Assembly (NCBI GenBank): GCA_900540785.1
Contig: UQHF01000001.1
Span: 12,464-76,463 of the forward strand
Source: an uncultured Blautia sp.
GTDB taxonomy: Bacteria > Bacillota > Clostridia > Lachnospirales > Lachnospiraceae
Reading direction: 5' to 3'
DNA: 64,000 nt
Shown here: one piece after another, positions 37,091-46,878 of the stretch
How positions within the stretch are numbered: the stretch's first letter is position 1
How the letters are laid out: every line of letters begins with the position of its first letter
Notes under the pieces: model-generated
Seen by the model: the letters and a program-made list of their open reading frames with translations, nothing else
Database searches by the model: none
What the model was told of the DNA's origin: nothing
Made by a program: the position numbers and the translations under genes

Positions 37091-38248
37091 TTATTCTTTC
37101 TCTGTTTTTTCTTCCGGATTTTCTTCCTGCATTTCTTCTGTATTCCTGTCGCTGTCTGCAGGGATTTTATCTTCAGAAACTTCCTCTTTGAAATCCCCAT
37201 CTTTGGAGATTTTGCTTTCAGAAGCTTTTTCTTTAGACTCCTCGGACTCAGACGCTGTTTCTTCCGCGTTGTTCTTCTCCTTCTCCATCAGCGTTACTTC
37301 CTCAGGAAGAAGCTCGTCAACAGAAAGCTTCTCTGACCGAACCTTCTGTGCTTCTTCGTAAAAACGGGCTTTCCGGCGTTTTTCCAGCGCAGCGCGCTTC
37401 TTCGCCATAATCCGTTTTATGATCACAACTACTGTAAATACCAGAAACAGACCGGCTGAAATCGCCTGATTGATCGCAATATCTGTTCCCGGCAGGAACA
37501 TTTTGTCTGTCCGGATCCACTCAATAAAGAAACGTCCGAAACCATATCCCGCCAGATACCGCATAAAAATTTCTCCAGCGAAAAGCTTTCTTCTGTTCCA
37601 CACAAAAAGGAGAAGAAGAAGGAGAAGACACCAGATACTCTCATAAAGGAAAAGCGGTGTTGCCTGAATATACGAAACATTATCAATCGTGACAAGATTC
37701 TCTCTCATCCAGGGTGTAACCTCTCCCGCACGTACATTGGAAAGGGGAAGCTGCATCGTCAGCGCATTGCTTGTATATTCTCCAAAAGATTCCCTGTTGA
37801 AGAAATTCCCCCATCTTCCTATGATCTGTCCAATGAGAAGCCCTTTTACTGCAATATCCGCCATTTCCATAAATGCCGCCTTTTTCATATGACAGAAAAC
37901 AGCTGATGCCAGAACACCTCCCAGAAGGCCTCCGTAAAAGACCATTCCGCCGCTTCTTGTATCGAACACCTTCATAATATCTGTTTTGTATACACTCCAG
38001 GAAAGCAGCACGTAGAAAAATCTCGCTCCTATAAAACCGCCTGCAAGCCCGGAAATCATCATTCCCAGATACAGATTGACGTCCTGCTTTTTCCGTTTTG
38101 CTTCCAGTACCACAAATGCCATGCCCAGAAGCATACCGATTGCCAGTAAAATTCCGAAAAAGGTAATCTCAAACCCAAAAACCCGGACGGATACCGGCAC
38201 ATATTCAAATTCCAGTCCCAGATTGGGAAAACGAACTGACATATTCAT
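37091..38248 (-). CDS. lgt: Prolipoprotein diacylglyceryl transferase with a ~110 aa charged C-terminal extension
   Basis: The core of about 270 aa has Lgt motifs (GGLAGG, signature G...). The tail is KRRKARFYEEAQKVRSEKL...EETASESEESKEKASE...EENPEEKTEKE. Confidence 0.85.
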   Translation of the reverse strand: MNMSVRFPNLGLEFEYVPVSVRVFGFEITFFGILLAIGMLLGMAFVVLEAKRKKQDVNLYLGMMISGLAGGFIGARFFYVLLSWSVYKTDIMKVFDTRSGGMVFYGGLLGGVLASAVFCHMKKAAFMEMADIAVKGLLIGQIIGRWGNFFNRESFGEYTSNALTMQLPLSNVRAGEVTPWMRENLVTIDNVSYIQATPLFLYESIWCLLLLLLLFVWNRRKLFAGEIFMRYLAGYGFGRFFIEWIRTDKMFLPGTDIAINQAISAGLFLVFTVVVIIKRIMAKKRAALEKRRKARFYEEAQKVRSEKLSVDELLPEEVTLMEKEKNNAEETASESEESKEKASESKISKDGDFKEEVSEDKIPADSDRNTEEMQEENPEEKTEKE

Positions 38249-38266
38249 AAAACACCTTTATATACG

Positions 38267-39364
38267 TTATACATTGAAACGGAATAAAATCACATCTCCA
38301 TCCTGTACTACGTATTCTTTCCCTTCCATGCGCACAAGACCTTTTTCTCTGGCACCTGCATAAGAACCGCAGTCCAGAAGGTCACGGTAATTTACAACTT
38401 CTGCCTTAATAAAGCCTCTCTCAAAATCTGTATGGATTTTTCCTGCTGCCTGAGGCGCTTTTGTTCCGATTTTAATTGTCCAGGCTCTTGTCTCGTCCTC
38501 TCCTGCTGTCAAAAAGCTCATAAGTCCAAGAAGATGGTAGCTTGCCTTTACCAGTTTCTCCAGGCCGGATTCTGTAAGTCCCAGATCTTCCAGGAACATT
38601 TTTTTCTCGTCCTCGTCAAGCTCTGCAATTTCCTGCTCAATCTGCGCGCAGATGACAAAAATTTCGCTGTTCTGCTCTTTTGCATATTCGCGCACTGCCT
38701 GTACATAAGTATTATTCTCACCATCATCCGCCAGATCGTCCTCTGCCACGTTTGCAGCATAAATCACAGGCTTCCATGTAAGAAGGTTGTATGTTCCCAT
38801 AAAGCCTTCTTCATCTTCGTTATCAAGCTCCATAGTGATCGCCATTTTGCCGTCTTCGAGATGTTTCTTCACTTTCTGAAGGAAATCCAGCTCTTTTGCA
38901 GCTTCTTTATCCATGCGGGCTGTCTTTGTCACTTTTGCGATTCTTCTCTCCAGGATCTCCAGATCTGAGAAAATCAGTTCCAGATTAATGGTTTCAATAT
39001 CACGAAGAGGATCAATGCTTCCGTCTACATGAACTACATTTCCGTCCTCAAAGCAACGCACAACGTGGACAATGGCGTCTACCTCACGGATATTGGCAAG
39101 GAACTGGTTTCCAAGGCCTTCTCCCTTTGACGCACCCTTTACAAGTCCTGCAATATCCACAAACTCGATCACTGCCGGCGTTACTTTCTTTGACTTGTAA
39201 AAATCTCCCAGAAGATTCAGCCTCTCGTCCGGAACTGTTACCACACCCACGTTCGGGTCAATAGTACAGAACGGATAGTTTGCTGATTCTGCTCCTGCCT
39301 TTGTCAGAGAATTAAACAGTGTGCTTTTTCCAACATTTGGTAAGCCTACGATACCTAATTTCAT
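38267..39364 (-). CDS. ychF: Ribosome-binding ATPase YchF (Obg-family GTPase)
   Basis: 365 aa with [12 protein letters not shown], a TGS domain, and the C-terminal motif [14 protein letters not shown]. Confidence 0.95.
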   Translation of the reverse strand: MKLGIVGLPNVGKSTLFNSLTKAGAESANYPFCTIDPNVGVVTVPDERLNLLGDFYKSKKVTPAVIEFVDIAGLVKGASKGEGLGNQFLANIREVDAIVHVVRCFEDGNVVHVDGSIDPLRDIETINLELIFSDLEILERRIAKVTKTARMDKEAAKELDFLQKVKKHLEDGKMAITMELDNEDEEGFMGTYNLLTWKPVIYAANVAEDDLADDGENNTYVQAVREYAKEQNSEIFVICAQIEQEIAELDEDEKKMFLEDLGLTESGLEKLVKASYHLLGLMSFLTAGEDETRAWTIKIGTKAPQAAGKIHTDFERGFIKAEVVNYRDLLDCGSYAGAREKGLVRMEGKEYVVQDGDVILFRFNV

Positions 39365-39493
39365 TTTCTCTATTTCCTCCTAAAAATTTCTTACAGGGAT
39401 TACTCACTTCAATAACAATTTTAAATTTTACCACAACAAAGCTTCAAGTTCAATGAAGAATCTTATCGAAATAAGCCAGCAGACTATATGTAA

Positions 39494-40357
39494 TTATTTA
39501 TACTGATTTAAAAACTGTATTGCTTTTCGCTTATTACTACATTTCATGGTGAATTCATCGCCATTAGAATATTTAATCGTTATTTCGTACCTGAGAATTG
39601 GTGCTTTTCCTTCCTCGTCATAGCTGCTGATATATTTTACTGCCTCCTCCACAGACAATAACTCTTGTTTCTTTCCATGAATTGGAATAACAATAATCTG
39701 AGTCACAATTTGATCAAGCGCCTCTTCAACTGCATCTGAAAGGCTCTTTAATTTTTCTTCATGCTCATGATAAAATGTATCCTTTAATTTATTTTTTTGC
39801 CCCTCATTCAATCCTTCTATATTCTCTGCAATTTTTTCAATCATATCATCAGGGGTATTTTCTTCCCATGAAATCTCTACTCCCACCGCATCTTTATATA
39901 GCCTGCACATATCATGATATGAAAAGTGCGTCACATGAAATCCCTGGGATTCTAACTGCTTTATTGAATTATCGGTAAATTCTCCAGAAAGGACGGCAGC
40001 ATAAAAAGGACAGTTCTCTTTGTAAGTTTTTACCAGCGGAAGGATTGCACCGGATATTTCCTGGGCCTTTGCTTTTGAATGTTTCGTGTATCTTCTCCAC
40101 GCCATTTCGATAAAAGCCTTTGGTTTACCTGTTTTTTCTTCTGTCCCTTCTTTTTCTATCACTATATCAAGTTTATGCTTATTTCCATTCTCATCTATCC
40201 CAATTACTTCCCGCCCATTATTTCTTGCAGGTCTGATATGTCTGTAATCCAGATAATATCCTTTTTCCTCCACCCTTGGTTTTAAATACTCTATTATTGA
40301 TTCCTCAAAAAAATCTCCCAGTAATTCTCCCAGTCTGTGTGCCGGTGATTTTGCCAT
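39494..40357 (-). CDS. Putative Type II restriction endonuclease (no recognisable family); partner of the adjacent DNA methyltransferase
   Basis: 287 aa. It lies immediately downstream of, and co-oriented with, the methyltransferase gene, with a 4 bp gap. Both genes are markedly AT-rich (about 35% GC versus about 47% for flanking ychF and thiN). A possible PD-(D/E)XK-like segment, KHKLDIVIEKEG, is present. The assignment is by context. Confidence 0.4.
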   Translation of the reverse strand: MAKSPAHRLGELLGDFFEESIIEYLKPRVEEKGYYLDYRHIRPARNNGREVIGIDENGNKHKLDIVIEKEGTEEKTGKPKAFIEMAWRRYTKHSKAKAQEISGAILPLVKTYKENCPFYAAVLSGEFTDNSIKQLESQGFHVTHFSYHDMCRLYKDAVGVEISWEENTPDDMIEKIAENIEGLNEGQKNKLKDTFYHEHEEKLKSLSDAVEEALDQIVTQIIVIPIHGKKQELLSVEEAVKYISSYDEEGKAPILRYEITIKYSNGDEFTMKCSNKRKAIQFLNQYK

Positions 40358-40361
40358 TATT

Positions 40362-41639
40362 TCACCCCTTTACCCATAATCTTCCCTCTTTTAAAGGTAC
40401 TGTATGTTTTCTGTTCTTCCACTTTACATTTCTGTCCCGTGTTTTTTCAAAATTATATTCTTTAAATCCCGCACTAATTGCCAGCTTGCCCAGCCATTCA
40501 TCAACGGGAACATACACACCGTACGGAGCTGAATCGCCAATTACAAAACAAACCTCGGCACCCTCCTTACATACACGTTTTAATTCTCTCCACACATGTG
40601 CCATATCAAGAAAATATAAGGCAATCATAGTATAATAATTTTTCTTGCCACCGTGATTTTCTTTTTCCGCTTCCATTTGCTTACAGACTTCCACAATTTC
40701 ATCGTGAATCGGAGCAAGTATCGGATCTTCTAAAAATTCATATGTTTTGCTCCTCTCGCGTGATACCATCTGCGAACAGGAACGAACAAGACCCGGACGA
40801 ATCACCGTCTGTAAATCTCTCCAACTGTCAATCCTTCCCAGGACAGATAACTCTAATCTTGTCGCATCTGCATAATCGTAATTATTTGCATACGGAGGTG
40901 ATGTAATAATTAAATCAACACTGTCATCGACAACCTCTGATTTTTTTCTCGCATCTTGACTGAATAAATGTGATTTTTTCTGAGCTCCTTTTTTTTGAAA
41001 TTCACAAATATCTTCACAAATCATCTCCATCTGCCGCTCAAATGCCTCATATGCAGATAATACTTTCGCTTTTTTCTTATTTGGCAACACATACTGCCAT
41101 GTTGCTGTCCCTGCATGTGACGCTGCTCTCAGCATGGAAACAAAACCTGCCCAGACCAGACGTGTCTCTTTACTGTTATCATACAATTCGTCAATTACGT
41201 TTTTCAGAGAATTAATTTCTTCAAGATTCTTCTCATCATAACATTTTGTAACAATCAAGGGAAAATCTGCCATAGGATATTTATTTTCTTTCGCTTTTTT
41301 CAGTACCTGCTCTGTATATTCTTTTACTTTTCTAACATCAGCGTCCCAGGAAAGTTTTGCATCGGCAATTTCGTATACCAATGGCTGTGCCTCGTATCCT
41401 ATAGAGCTGACTCCTATTTCATCGCACGCTAGTAATGTAGTACCGGAACCGGAAAACGGATCAAGAACAAGAATTTTTTCTTTCTTCGTTTTTTGTAAAT
41501 ATTCTTTTACAGTCTGTTTTACCCACTCTGCCGAAAATCCGGCTGAATATCTGTACCATCTGTGTACTGGCAATGACATATTATCCGCGAACGTGGAACT
41601 GCTATCAACTTTTGCCACTCTTATTTTCCACCTTTCCAT
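40362..41639 (-). CDS. DNA methyltransferase (amino-methyltransferase, N4-cytosine or N6-adenine; SPPY motif IV)
   Basis: 425 aa. It has the AdoMet motif I LVLDPFSGSGTT and catalytic motif IV DLIITSPPY. Their order (I, about 160 aa, then IV) indicates an alpha-like architecture. An alternative start lies at MSLPVHRWY. Confidence 0.8.
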   Translation of the reverse strand: MERWKIRVAKVDSSSTFADNMSLPVHRWYRYSAGFSAEWVKQTVKEYLQKTKKEKILVLDPFSGSGTTLLACDEIGVSSIGYEAQPLVYEIADAKLSWDADVRKVKEYTEQVLKKAKENKYPMADFPLIVTKCYDEKNLEEINSLKNVIDELYDNSKETRLVWAGFVSMLRAASHAGTATWQYVLPNKKKAKVLSAYEAFERQMEMICEDICEFQKKGAQKKSHLFSQDARKKSEVVDDSVDLIITSPPYANNYDYADATRLELSVLGRIDSWRDLQTVIRPGLVRSCSQMVSRERSKTYEFLEDPILAPIHDEIVEVCKQMEAEKENHGGKKNYYTMIALYFLDMAHVWRELKRVCKEGAEVCFVIGDSAPYGVYVPVDEWLGKLAISAGFKEYNFEKTRDRNVKWKNRKHTVPLKEGRLWVKG

Positions 41640-41659
41640 TTATTATTTTATCATTTATT

Positions 41660-42340
41660 TCAATCCCTCGACATGATCATCACAAGATTTCCACTGTCAA
41701 ACGTCACTTCTGCCTCTTCCTCCACAATCTCATTGCTCACAGTAAGCCCGCAGTCAGAAACTGTAAGATAATGACAATTCAGAGGATATTTAAATCCCTT
41801 AAGGGTAAGCCCCGGAACATCTCCTCCCAGTGAAAAAAAGGATACATATTTTCCAAACTGCTCTGCCTTTTTCAGAACCGTGCCGCTTTCTATCAGCGTG
41901 ATATAATTGTATCTGTCATAAATGGAAATACGAATCCCCTTCTTCTTTCCCCACACCAGAAGTCCCAGATTTGCAAAGGTATGGTCAAGACGCCTTCCAA
42001 GACAGCCGAAAAGAACCATGTCTTTTCCGCCTTTCTCTGCTGCGCGGCATACTGCGGACTGGGTATCCGAGTCGTCTTTTTCCGGTCTCAGGCGGCAAAT
42101 TTCTATATTGTTCAGACTCTTTAAAAACCCTTCTCCCTCATCTGAAAGACTGTCAAAATCTCCTACTGCCATATCCGGGTGCAGCCCCGTATGAAGGAAA
42201 AATTCAAGCCCCCTGTCCGCTGCTATAAGATATGGCATTTTCCCCTGTTTTTCCTCTGTTTTTTTTAAAAAATCGAGGGCAAAATCTTCCTGGATATTGC
42301 CCCCGCTTACGACGATTGTATCAATCATAATATTCCTCAT
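41660..42340 (-). CDS. thiN: Thiamine diphosphokinase
   Basis: 226 aa with IAADRG...AVGDFDS. It sits in the conserved position downstream of rpe. Confidence 0.8.
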   Translation of the reverse strand: MRNIMIDTIVVSGGNIQEDFALDFLKKTEEKQGKMPYLIAADRGLEFFLHTGLHPDMAVGDFDSLSDEGEGFLKSLNNIEICRLRPEKDDSDTQSAVCRAAEKGGKDMVLFGCLGRRLDHTFANLGLLVWGKKKGIRISIYDRYNYITLIESGTVLKKAEQFGKYVSFFSLGGDVPGLTLKGFKYPLNCHYLTVSDCGLTVSNEIVEEEAEVTFDSGNLVMIMSRD

Positions 42341-43008
42341 GAAATTGTTCTGCTGATTTCTTCTATTTTTTTCTGAATATCCTGAACACTTTCTGCCAGA
42401 TTCTCCCGGAAAGCGTAAGAACCCGCTACAATCAGATTTGCACCTGCTTCCATAACTGTGGAAAGTGTCTCCTCATTAATTCCTCCGTCTACCTGGATCT
42501 GCGTATCAAGATCTTCCGCATCGATCAGCTCCCGAAGCTCCTTAATTTTCTCTGTACATTCTTCCAGATATTTCTGACCGCCAAACCCCGGCTGCACTGT
42601 CATCACAAGAACCATATCCACTTCATCAAGAAGATGGCTTATATCATTGACAGGAGTAGCCGGCTTAATGGACACTCCGACTTTTACGCCTGCTGCCCGT
42701 ATCAGTTCTATGGTACGGTCCAGATCCTCACACGCCTCTGCATGAACAGTAATAGAATCTGCTCCGCACTCTACAAAGTCACGGATATACCGTTCCGGCT
42801 CTGTTACCATAAGGTGCACATCAAAAAACATTTTTGATTCTTTACGGATTGATTTGATCACCGGCATTCCAAAAGAAATGCTTGGCACAAAATCTCCGTC
42901 CATTACGTCTATATGAAGGATCTTCACTCCCTCATTTTCCAAAATTTTTATCTGCTCTCCCAGGCGGTTAAAATCCGCTGATAAAATTGAAGGGCATAGC
43001 TGATACAT
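42337..43008 (-). CDS. rpe: Ribulose-phosphate 3-epimerase
   Basis: 223 aa with HIDVMDG, HLMV and a TIM barrel. Confidence 0.95.
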   Translation of the reverse strand: MYQLCPSILSADFNRLGEQIKILENEGVKILHIDVMDGDFVPSISFGMPVIKSIRKESKMFFDVHLMVTEPERYIRDFVECGADSITVHAEACEDLDRTIELIRAAGVKVGVSIKPATPVNDISHLLDEVDMVLVMTVQPGFGGQKYLEECTEKIKELRELIDAEDLDTQIQVDGGINEETLSTVMEAGANLIVAGSYAFRENLAESVQDIQKKIEEISRTIS

Positions 43009-43011
43009 AAG

Positions 43012-43890
43012 TCAGTATCTCCTTTTCTCTTTTAATTCCTGATGCAGAGCCAGGTAATCTTCATACCGAAGCCTGCTGATCTTGTCTTCCTCCAGAGCTT
43101 CCTTGACTGCACAGCCAGGCTCATGAATATGGCGGCACCCCTGAAAACGGCACTCTTCTTCATATTCCCGAAACTCCGGAAAGTAATTTTTCAGTTCCTG
43201 TTCTTCCATATCTGTAAGATATAAAGATGAAAAACCGGGCGTATCTACAAGGAAGGTATCTTCTCCTACCGGGATCACCTGAGAATGCCGCGTCGTATGT
43301 TTGCCGCGTTTCAGCTTTTTGCTGATTTCTCCCGTTTCCATCTGTATCTCTCCCTGAAGAGAATTGGTAAGAGAAGATTTTCCAACCCCCGAAGGGCCTG
43401 CAACTACAGTTGTCTTTCCCCGCAGGATTTCATGAATTTCTGAAATCCCCTCCCCGTTAAGGGCACTGGAAAGGATTACCCTGTAGCCGCACTGTGTATA
43501 CGTTCTGTAAAGAAAATCAAGTTCTTCCTCTGTTCCCAGATCTTTTTTATTAAAGCACACAACTGCCGGAATCCCCTGCTGCTCCATCATAATGAGAAAG
43601 CGGTCGAGAAGCATATAATTTGGTTTTGGATTTTCCATAGCAAATATAACAAACGCCTGATCCACATTTGCAACTGCAGGACGTATCAGAGAATTTCTTC
43701 TTGGAAGAATGGCTGTTACACTTCCCTCTTTCTCATTTTCATCCAGAATGGAAATCTCCACGTTGTCTCCTACAAGAGGTTTTTGATTATCCTTTCGGAA
43801 AATCCCCTTCGCCTTGCACTCGTAAACCTGCCCGTCTTCTGCATAAATGTAGTAAAATCCGGCAATTCCCTTGATGATTTTTCCTCTCAT
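43012..43890 (-). CDS. rsgA: Ribosome small-subunit-dependent GTPase A
   Basis: 292 aa with a circularly permuted GTPase (GPSGVGKSSL) and a C-terminal zinc finger CRFQGCRHIHEPGC. Confidence 0.9.
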   Translation of the reverse strand: MRGKIIKGIAGFYYIYAEDGQVYECKAKGIFRKDNQKPLVGDNVEISILDENEKEGSVTAILPRRNSLIRPAVANVDQAFVIFAMENPKPNYMLLDRFLIMMEQQGIPAVVCFNKKDLGTEEELDFLYRTYTQCGYRVILSSALNGEGISEIHEILRGKTTVVAGPSGVGKSSLTNSLQGEIQMETGEISKKLKRGKHTTRHSQVIPVGEDTFLVDTPGFSSLYLTDMEEQELKNYFPEFREYEEECRFQGCRHIHEPGCAVKEALEEDKISRLRYEDYLALHQELKEKRRY

Positions 43891-43893
43891 GAA

Positions 43894-46137
43894 TTACTCT
43901 GCTTTCTCAAAAGTAATGGAATATTCTCCGATATTCTGGTAGCTTCCCTGCACTTCTTCAGAAAGATATAAGGTTCCTTCTGCCACTCCGGGCACACCTG
44001 TAATATCAAGCTGATACGGGAACTGAAGCGGTGTTCCCTCTGAAATAACAGATGCTTTCGGCACTCCGTCCACATACTGGATCAGCTCCAGACGTGCCGG
44101 TCCACCGCTGTATCCATCCGGCGTATTTAAGCCCTGTGTACACTTCCATACTTCTCCTGCTGCAGTTGCCTGCTGCACTGCTTCGTCTGTCACCTGAGAA
44201 GTCTGAGCAGGATCTGCTGTTGTCTGTGTACCGTCAGAAGCCCCTGTTGCGCCCTGATCTCCTGTGCTGGTTCCTGTGTCAGAAGGGGGCTGGTTTCCGC
44301 TGCTTACAACAAGTGTAATGCTTGTCGTATCCGGATCGCCGTAAGAACCGGGTTCCGGTGTCTGGGAGATCACTCCGCCAGCTGCCACATCTGCGCTTTG
44401 CTGCTGCTGTATATCAATTAAAAGGAATTTTCCAAGTGTGGTAACCGCATCATCTTCTGTCATTCCCACTACACCCGGAATTTCCACTTCCACGCCCTCA
44501 CCGTAATCAAGACCACGGCTGATCACAAGCGTTACTTTATCTCCTGATTTTGCTGTTGCGCCCGGCTCCGGTGAAACAGAATATGCATATCCCGGATCTA
44601 CAAGAATGTATTCCTCTTCATCTAAATCGCTGTACTCTTTCTGGATTTCCACCTGCAGCCCAAGATCCTCCAGAAGCTTCTGCGCTTCGATTCCCGTTTT
44701 TCCGTCAATATCCGGAATGGTAACTTCCTGCGCGCCCTTACTAATATAATATTTCAGAGTGGAATATTCCTGCACCTCTGTTCCTGCCGGAATATCCTGG
44801 GAAGAAATTCTTCCTTTTTCCTGATTGGACGCCTCCTCGCCAATCATCTGCACCCCGATATGAAGGCTATTTGCAAGCTCTTTTGCCTCTGCCTCTGTTT
44901 TTCCTGTAAGGTCCGGCACCTCCACCATCTTATCGCTCTTTTCTTCCTGTATCTGCTGTTTTCCATCTGCTGCCGGCTCTTTTGTCTCCAGAAGACCGGT
45001 TGATTTTATGATGATAACAACAACGGCAATAAGAAGAACGGCTCCCAGGATCAGAGCTGCGATTGTAACACCTCTGCCCGGTCCTCTTTTCGGTCTGCGC
45101 TTCTGTCTTTCCCGTCTTTCTTTTCTGCGGCGGTACTCTTCTTCCTCTTCCTCGTCACCGTCTTCAAAATCATCTGTATAAACTTCTTTTTCCAGTTCTT
45201 CCACCTCTGCCCGTAATTTCTGCTTTGGTGTATGCTTGATGGTGCCAAGCTCCTCGTCTGAAATGATGACTGTTTTTGCATCATTGTCCACAGAAGTCAG
45301 CTTTACAAAATCTCCCTGCGGGTCAATGAGTGAATGTTTCAGATCTGCGATCACGTCTTCCATTTTGTTGTATCTGCGATCCACACTTTTCTGTGTACAT
45401 TTGTAAATAATCTGTTCCAGACTGTACGGCAGCTCCGGTGTGTATACGCTTGGAGCAACCATCTCCTCCTGAAGATGTTTGATCGCAATGGCAACCGTAG
45501 TATCTCCGTCAAACGGAACCTTTCCTGTTACCATCTCATACAGTGTGATTCCAAGAGAATAAATATCACTCTTTTCATCGCTGTATCCGCCGCGCACCTG
45601 CTCCGGTGAGCTGTAGTGTACAGAGCCCATCACATTGGAGCTTATGGTGTTTGAGGACGCAGCTCTTGCAATTCCAAAATCTGTTACCTTAACTTTTCCA
45701 TCTGTTGAAATAATAATATTCTGAGGCTTTACATCACGGTGTACAATTCCGTGGCTGTGGGCTGTTTCCAGTCCCATAGATACCTGAATGGCAATACTGG
45801 TCGCTTCTTTTACGGAAAGCTTTCCTTTTTTGGAAATATAGTCCTTCAGAGTAATGCCTTCTATAAGCTCCATTACAATATAATAAAGCCCTTCATCATC
45901 GCCTACATCAAATACATTTACAATATTGGGGTGTGTAAGACCGGCAGCTGCCTGCGCCTCACTCCTGAATTTGCGGATAAAGGTTGTATCCTCCCGAAAC
46001 TCCGCTTTCAAAACTTTAACTGCAACAAAACGGTTCAGCTTATGGTCTTTCGCCTTATAGACGTCCGCCATGCCTCCCGTCCCGATTTTTCCTAATATTT
46101 CATAGCGTTCTGCTATAATCATACCCGACTTTAACAT
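43894..46137 (-). CDS. prkC: PASTA-domain Ser/Thr protein kinase (PrkC/Stk1 family)
   Basis: 747 aa with Hanks kinase motifs (GGMADVY, HRDVKPQN, DFGIA). It has a transmembrane segment, PASTA repeats and a low-complexity C-terminal region. Confidence 0.9.
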   Translation of the reverse strand: MLKSGMIIAERYEILGKIGTGGMADVYKAKDHKLNRFVAVKVLKAEFREDTTFIRKFRSEAQAAAGLTHPNIVNVFDVGDDEGLYYIVMELIEGITLKDYISKKGKLSVKEATSIAIQVSMGLETAHSHGIVHRDVKPQNIIISTDGKVKVTDFGIARAASSNTISSNVMGSVHYSSPEQVRGGYSDEKSDIYSLGITLYEMVTGKVPFDGDTTVAIAIKHLQEEMVAPSVYTPELPYSLEQIIYKCTQKSVDRRYNKMEDVIADLKHSLIDPQGDFVKLTSVDNDAKTVIISDEELGTIKHTPKQKLRAEVEELEKEVYTDDFEDGDEEEEEEYRRRKERRERQKRRPKRGPGRGVTIAALILGAVLLIAVVVIIIKSTGLLETKEPAADGKQQIQEEKSDKMVEVPDLTGKTEAEAKELANSLHIGVQMIGEEASNQEKGRISSQDIPAGTEVQEYSTLKYYISKGAQEVTIPDIDGKTGIEAQKLLEDLGLQVEIQKEYSDLDEEEYILVDPGYAYSVSPEPGATAKSGDKVTLVISRGLDYGEGVEVEIPGVVGMTEDDAVTTLGKFLLIDIQQQQSADVAAGGVISQTPEPGSYGDPDTTSITLVVSSGNQPPSDTGTSTGDQGATGASDGTQTTADPAQTSQVTDEAVQQATAAGEVWKCTQGLNTPDGYSGGPARLELIQYVDGVPKASVISEGTPLQFPYQLDITGVPGVAEGTLYLSEEVQGSYQNIGEYSITFEKAE

Positions 46138-46877
46138 TTCTCCACCTCGTTCGTGAATGGTTCTATCAATATAATTGCAATATTGTCTTTTCCGCCATTA
46201 AGGTTTGCCTCTCTTATGAGAGTTCTTCCCTTCTCTGTCAGTTCCATCTCTGAATCCAATATAATTTCTTCCAGCTTTCTGTCGTCCACCATATTGCTCA
46301 GACCGTCGGAACACATTAAAATAGTATCTCCGGCTTCCAGTTTCAAATCAAAAAAGTCAATATCTACTGTCTTTTCCGCACCCAGTGCTCTTGTAATGAT
46401 ATTTTTATCCCTGTGATTTCTTGCCTCCTCCGGGCTGATCTCACCAAGCCTTACCATTTCCTGAACAAGTGAGTGGTCTTTTGTAATCTGCTGGATCTGT
46501 CCCTGCACAACATAGAGACGGCTGTCTCCTACGTTTGCCACATAGGCGTACTGTCCCACTATTGTAGACACTACCATAGTAGTTCCCATTCCTCTGAGGC
46601 CTTCATCTTTCTGTGCCTGTTCTATAATTTCCGTATTTGCAGTTTCAATGGCATGCCGTATGACTTTTACAGGATTATAATCTGCGTCCTTACGAATCTC
46701 GTCCACCAGTATCTCCACAGCATGGGAAGATGCAAAATCACCTGCATTGTGACCGCCCATGCCATCTGCGACAACGAACAGATTCGGAAGATTTCCAACT
46801 GCATCTTCTGATGCGAACACATAGTCCTGATTCATCTTCCGCTTCTGTCCCACATCGGTAGCTGAATATACCTTCAT
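46131..46877 (-). CDS. prpC: PP2C-family Ser/Thr phosphatase (Stp/PrpC)
   Basis: 248 aa with DGMGGH and MCSDGL. Confidence 0.9.
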   Translation of the reverse strand: MKVYSATDVGQKRKMNQDYVFASEDAVGNLPNLFVVADGMGGHNAGDFASSHAVEILVDEIRKDADYNPVKVIRHAIETANTEIIEQAQKDEGLRGMGTTMVVSTIVGQYAYVANVGDSRLYVVQGQIQQITKDHSLVQEMVRLGEISPEEARNHRDKNIITRALGAEKTVDIDFFDLKLEAGDTILMCSDGLSNMVDDRKLEEIILDSEMELTEKGRTLIREANLNGGKDNIAIILIEPFTNEVEKC

Positions 46878-46878
46878 G

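Noticed and set aside
39365-41660. Flanking direct repeats or an integrase marking the restriction-modification island boundaries
   Set aside because: No obvious duplicated target site or recombinase gene is visible. The insertion is inferred only from composition and broken synteny.
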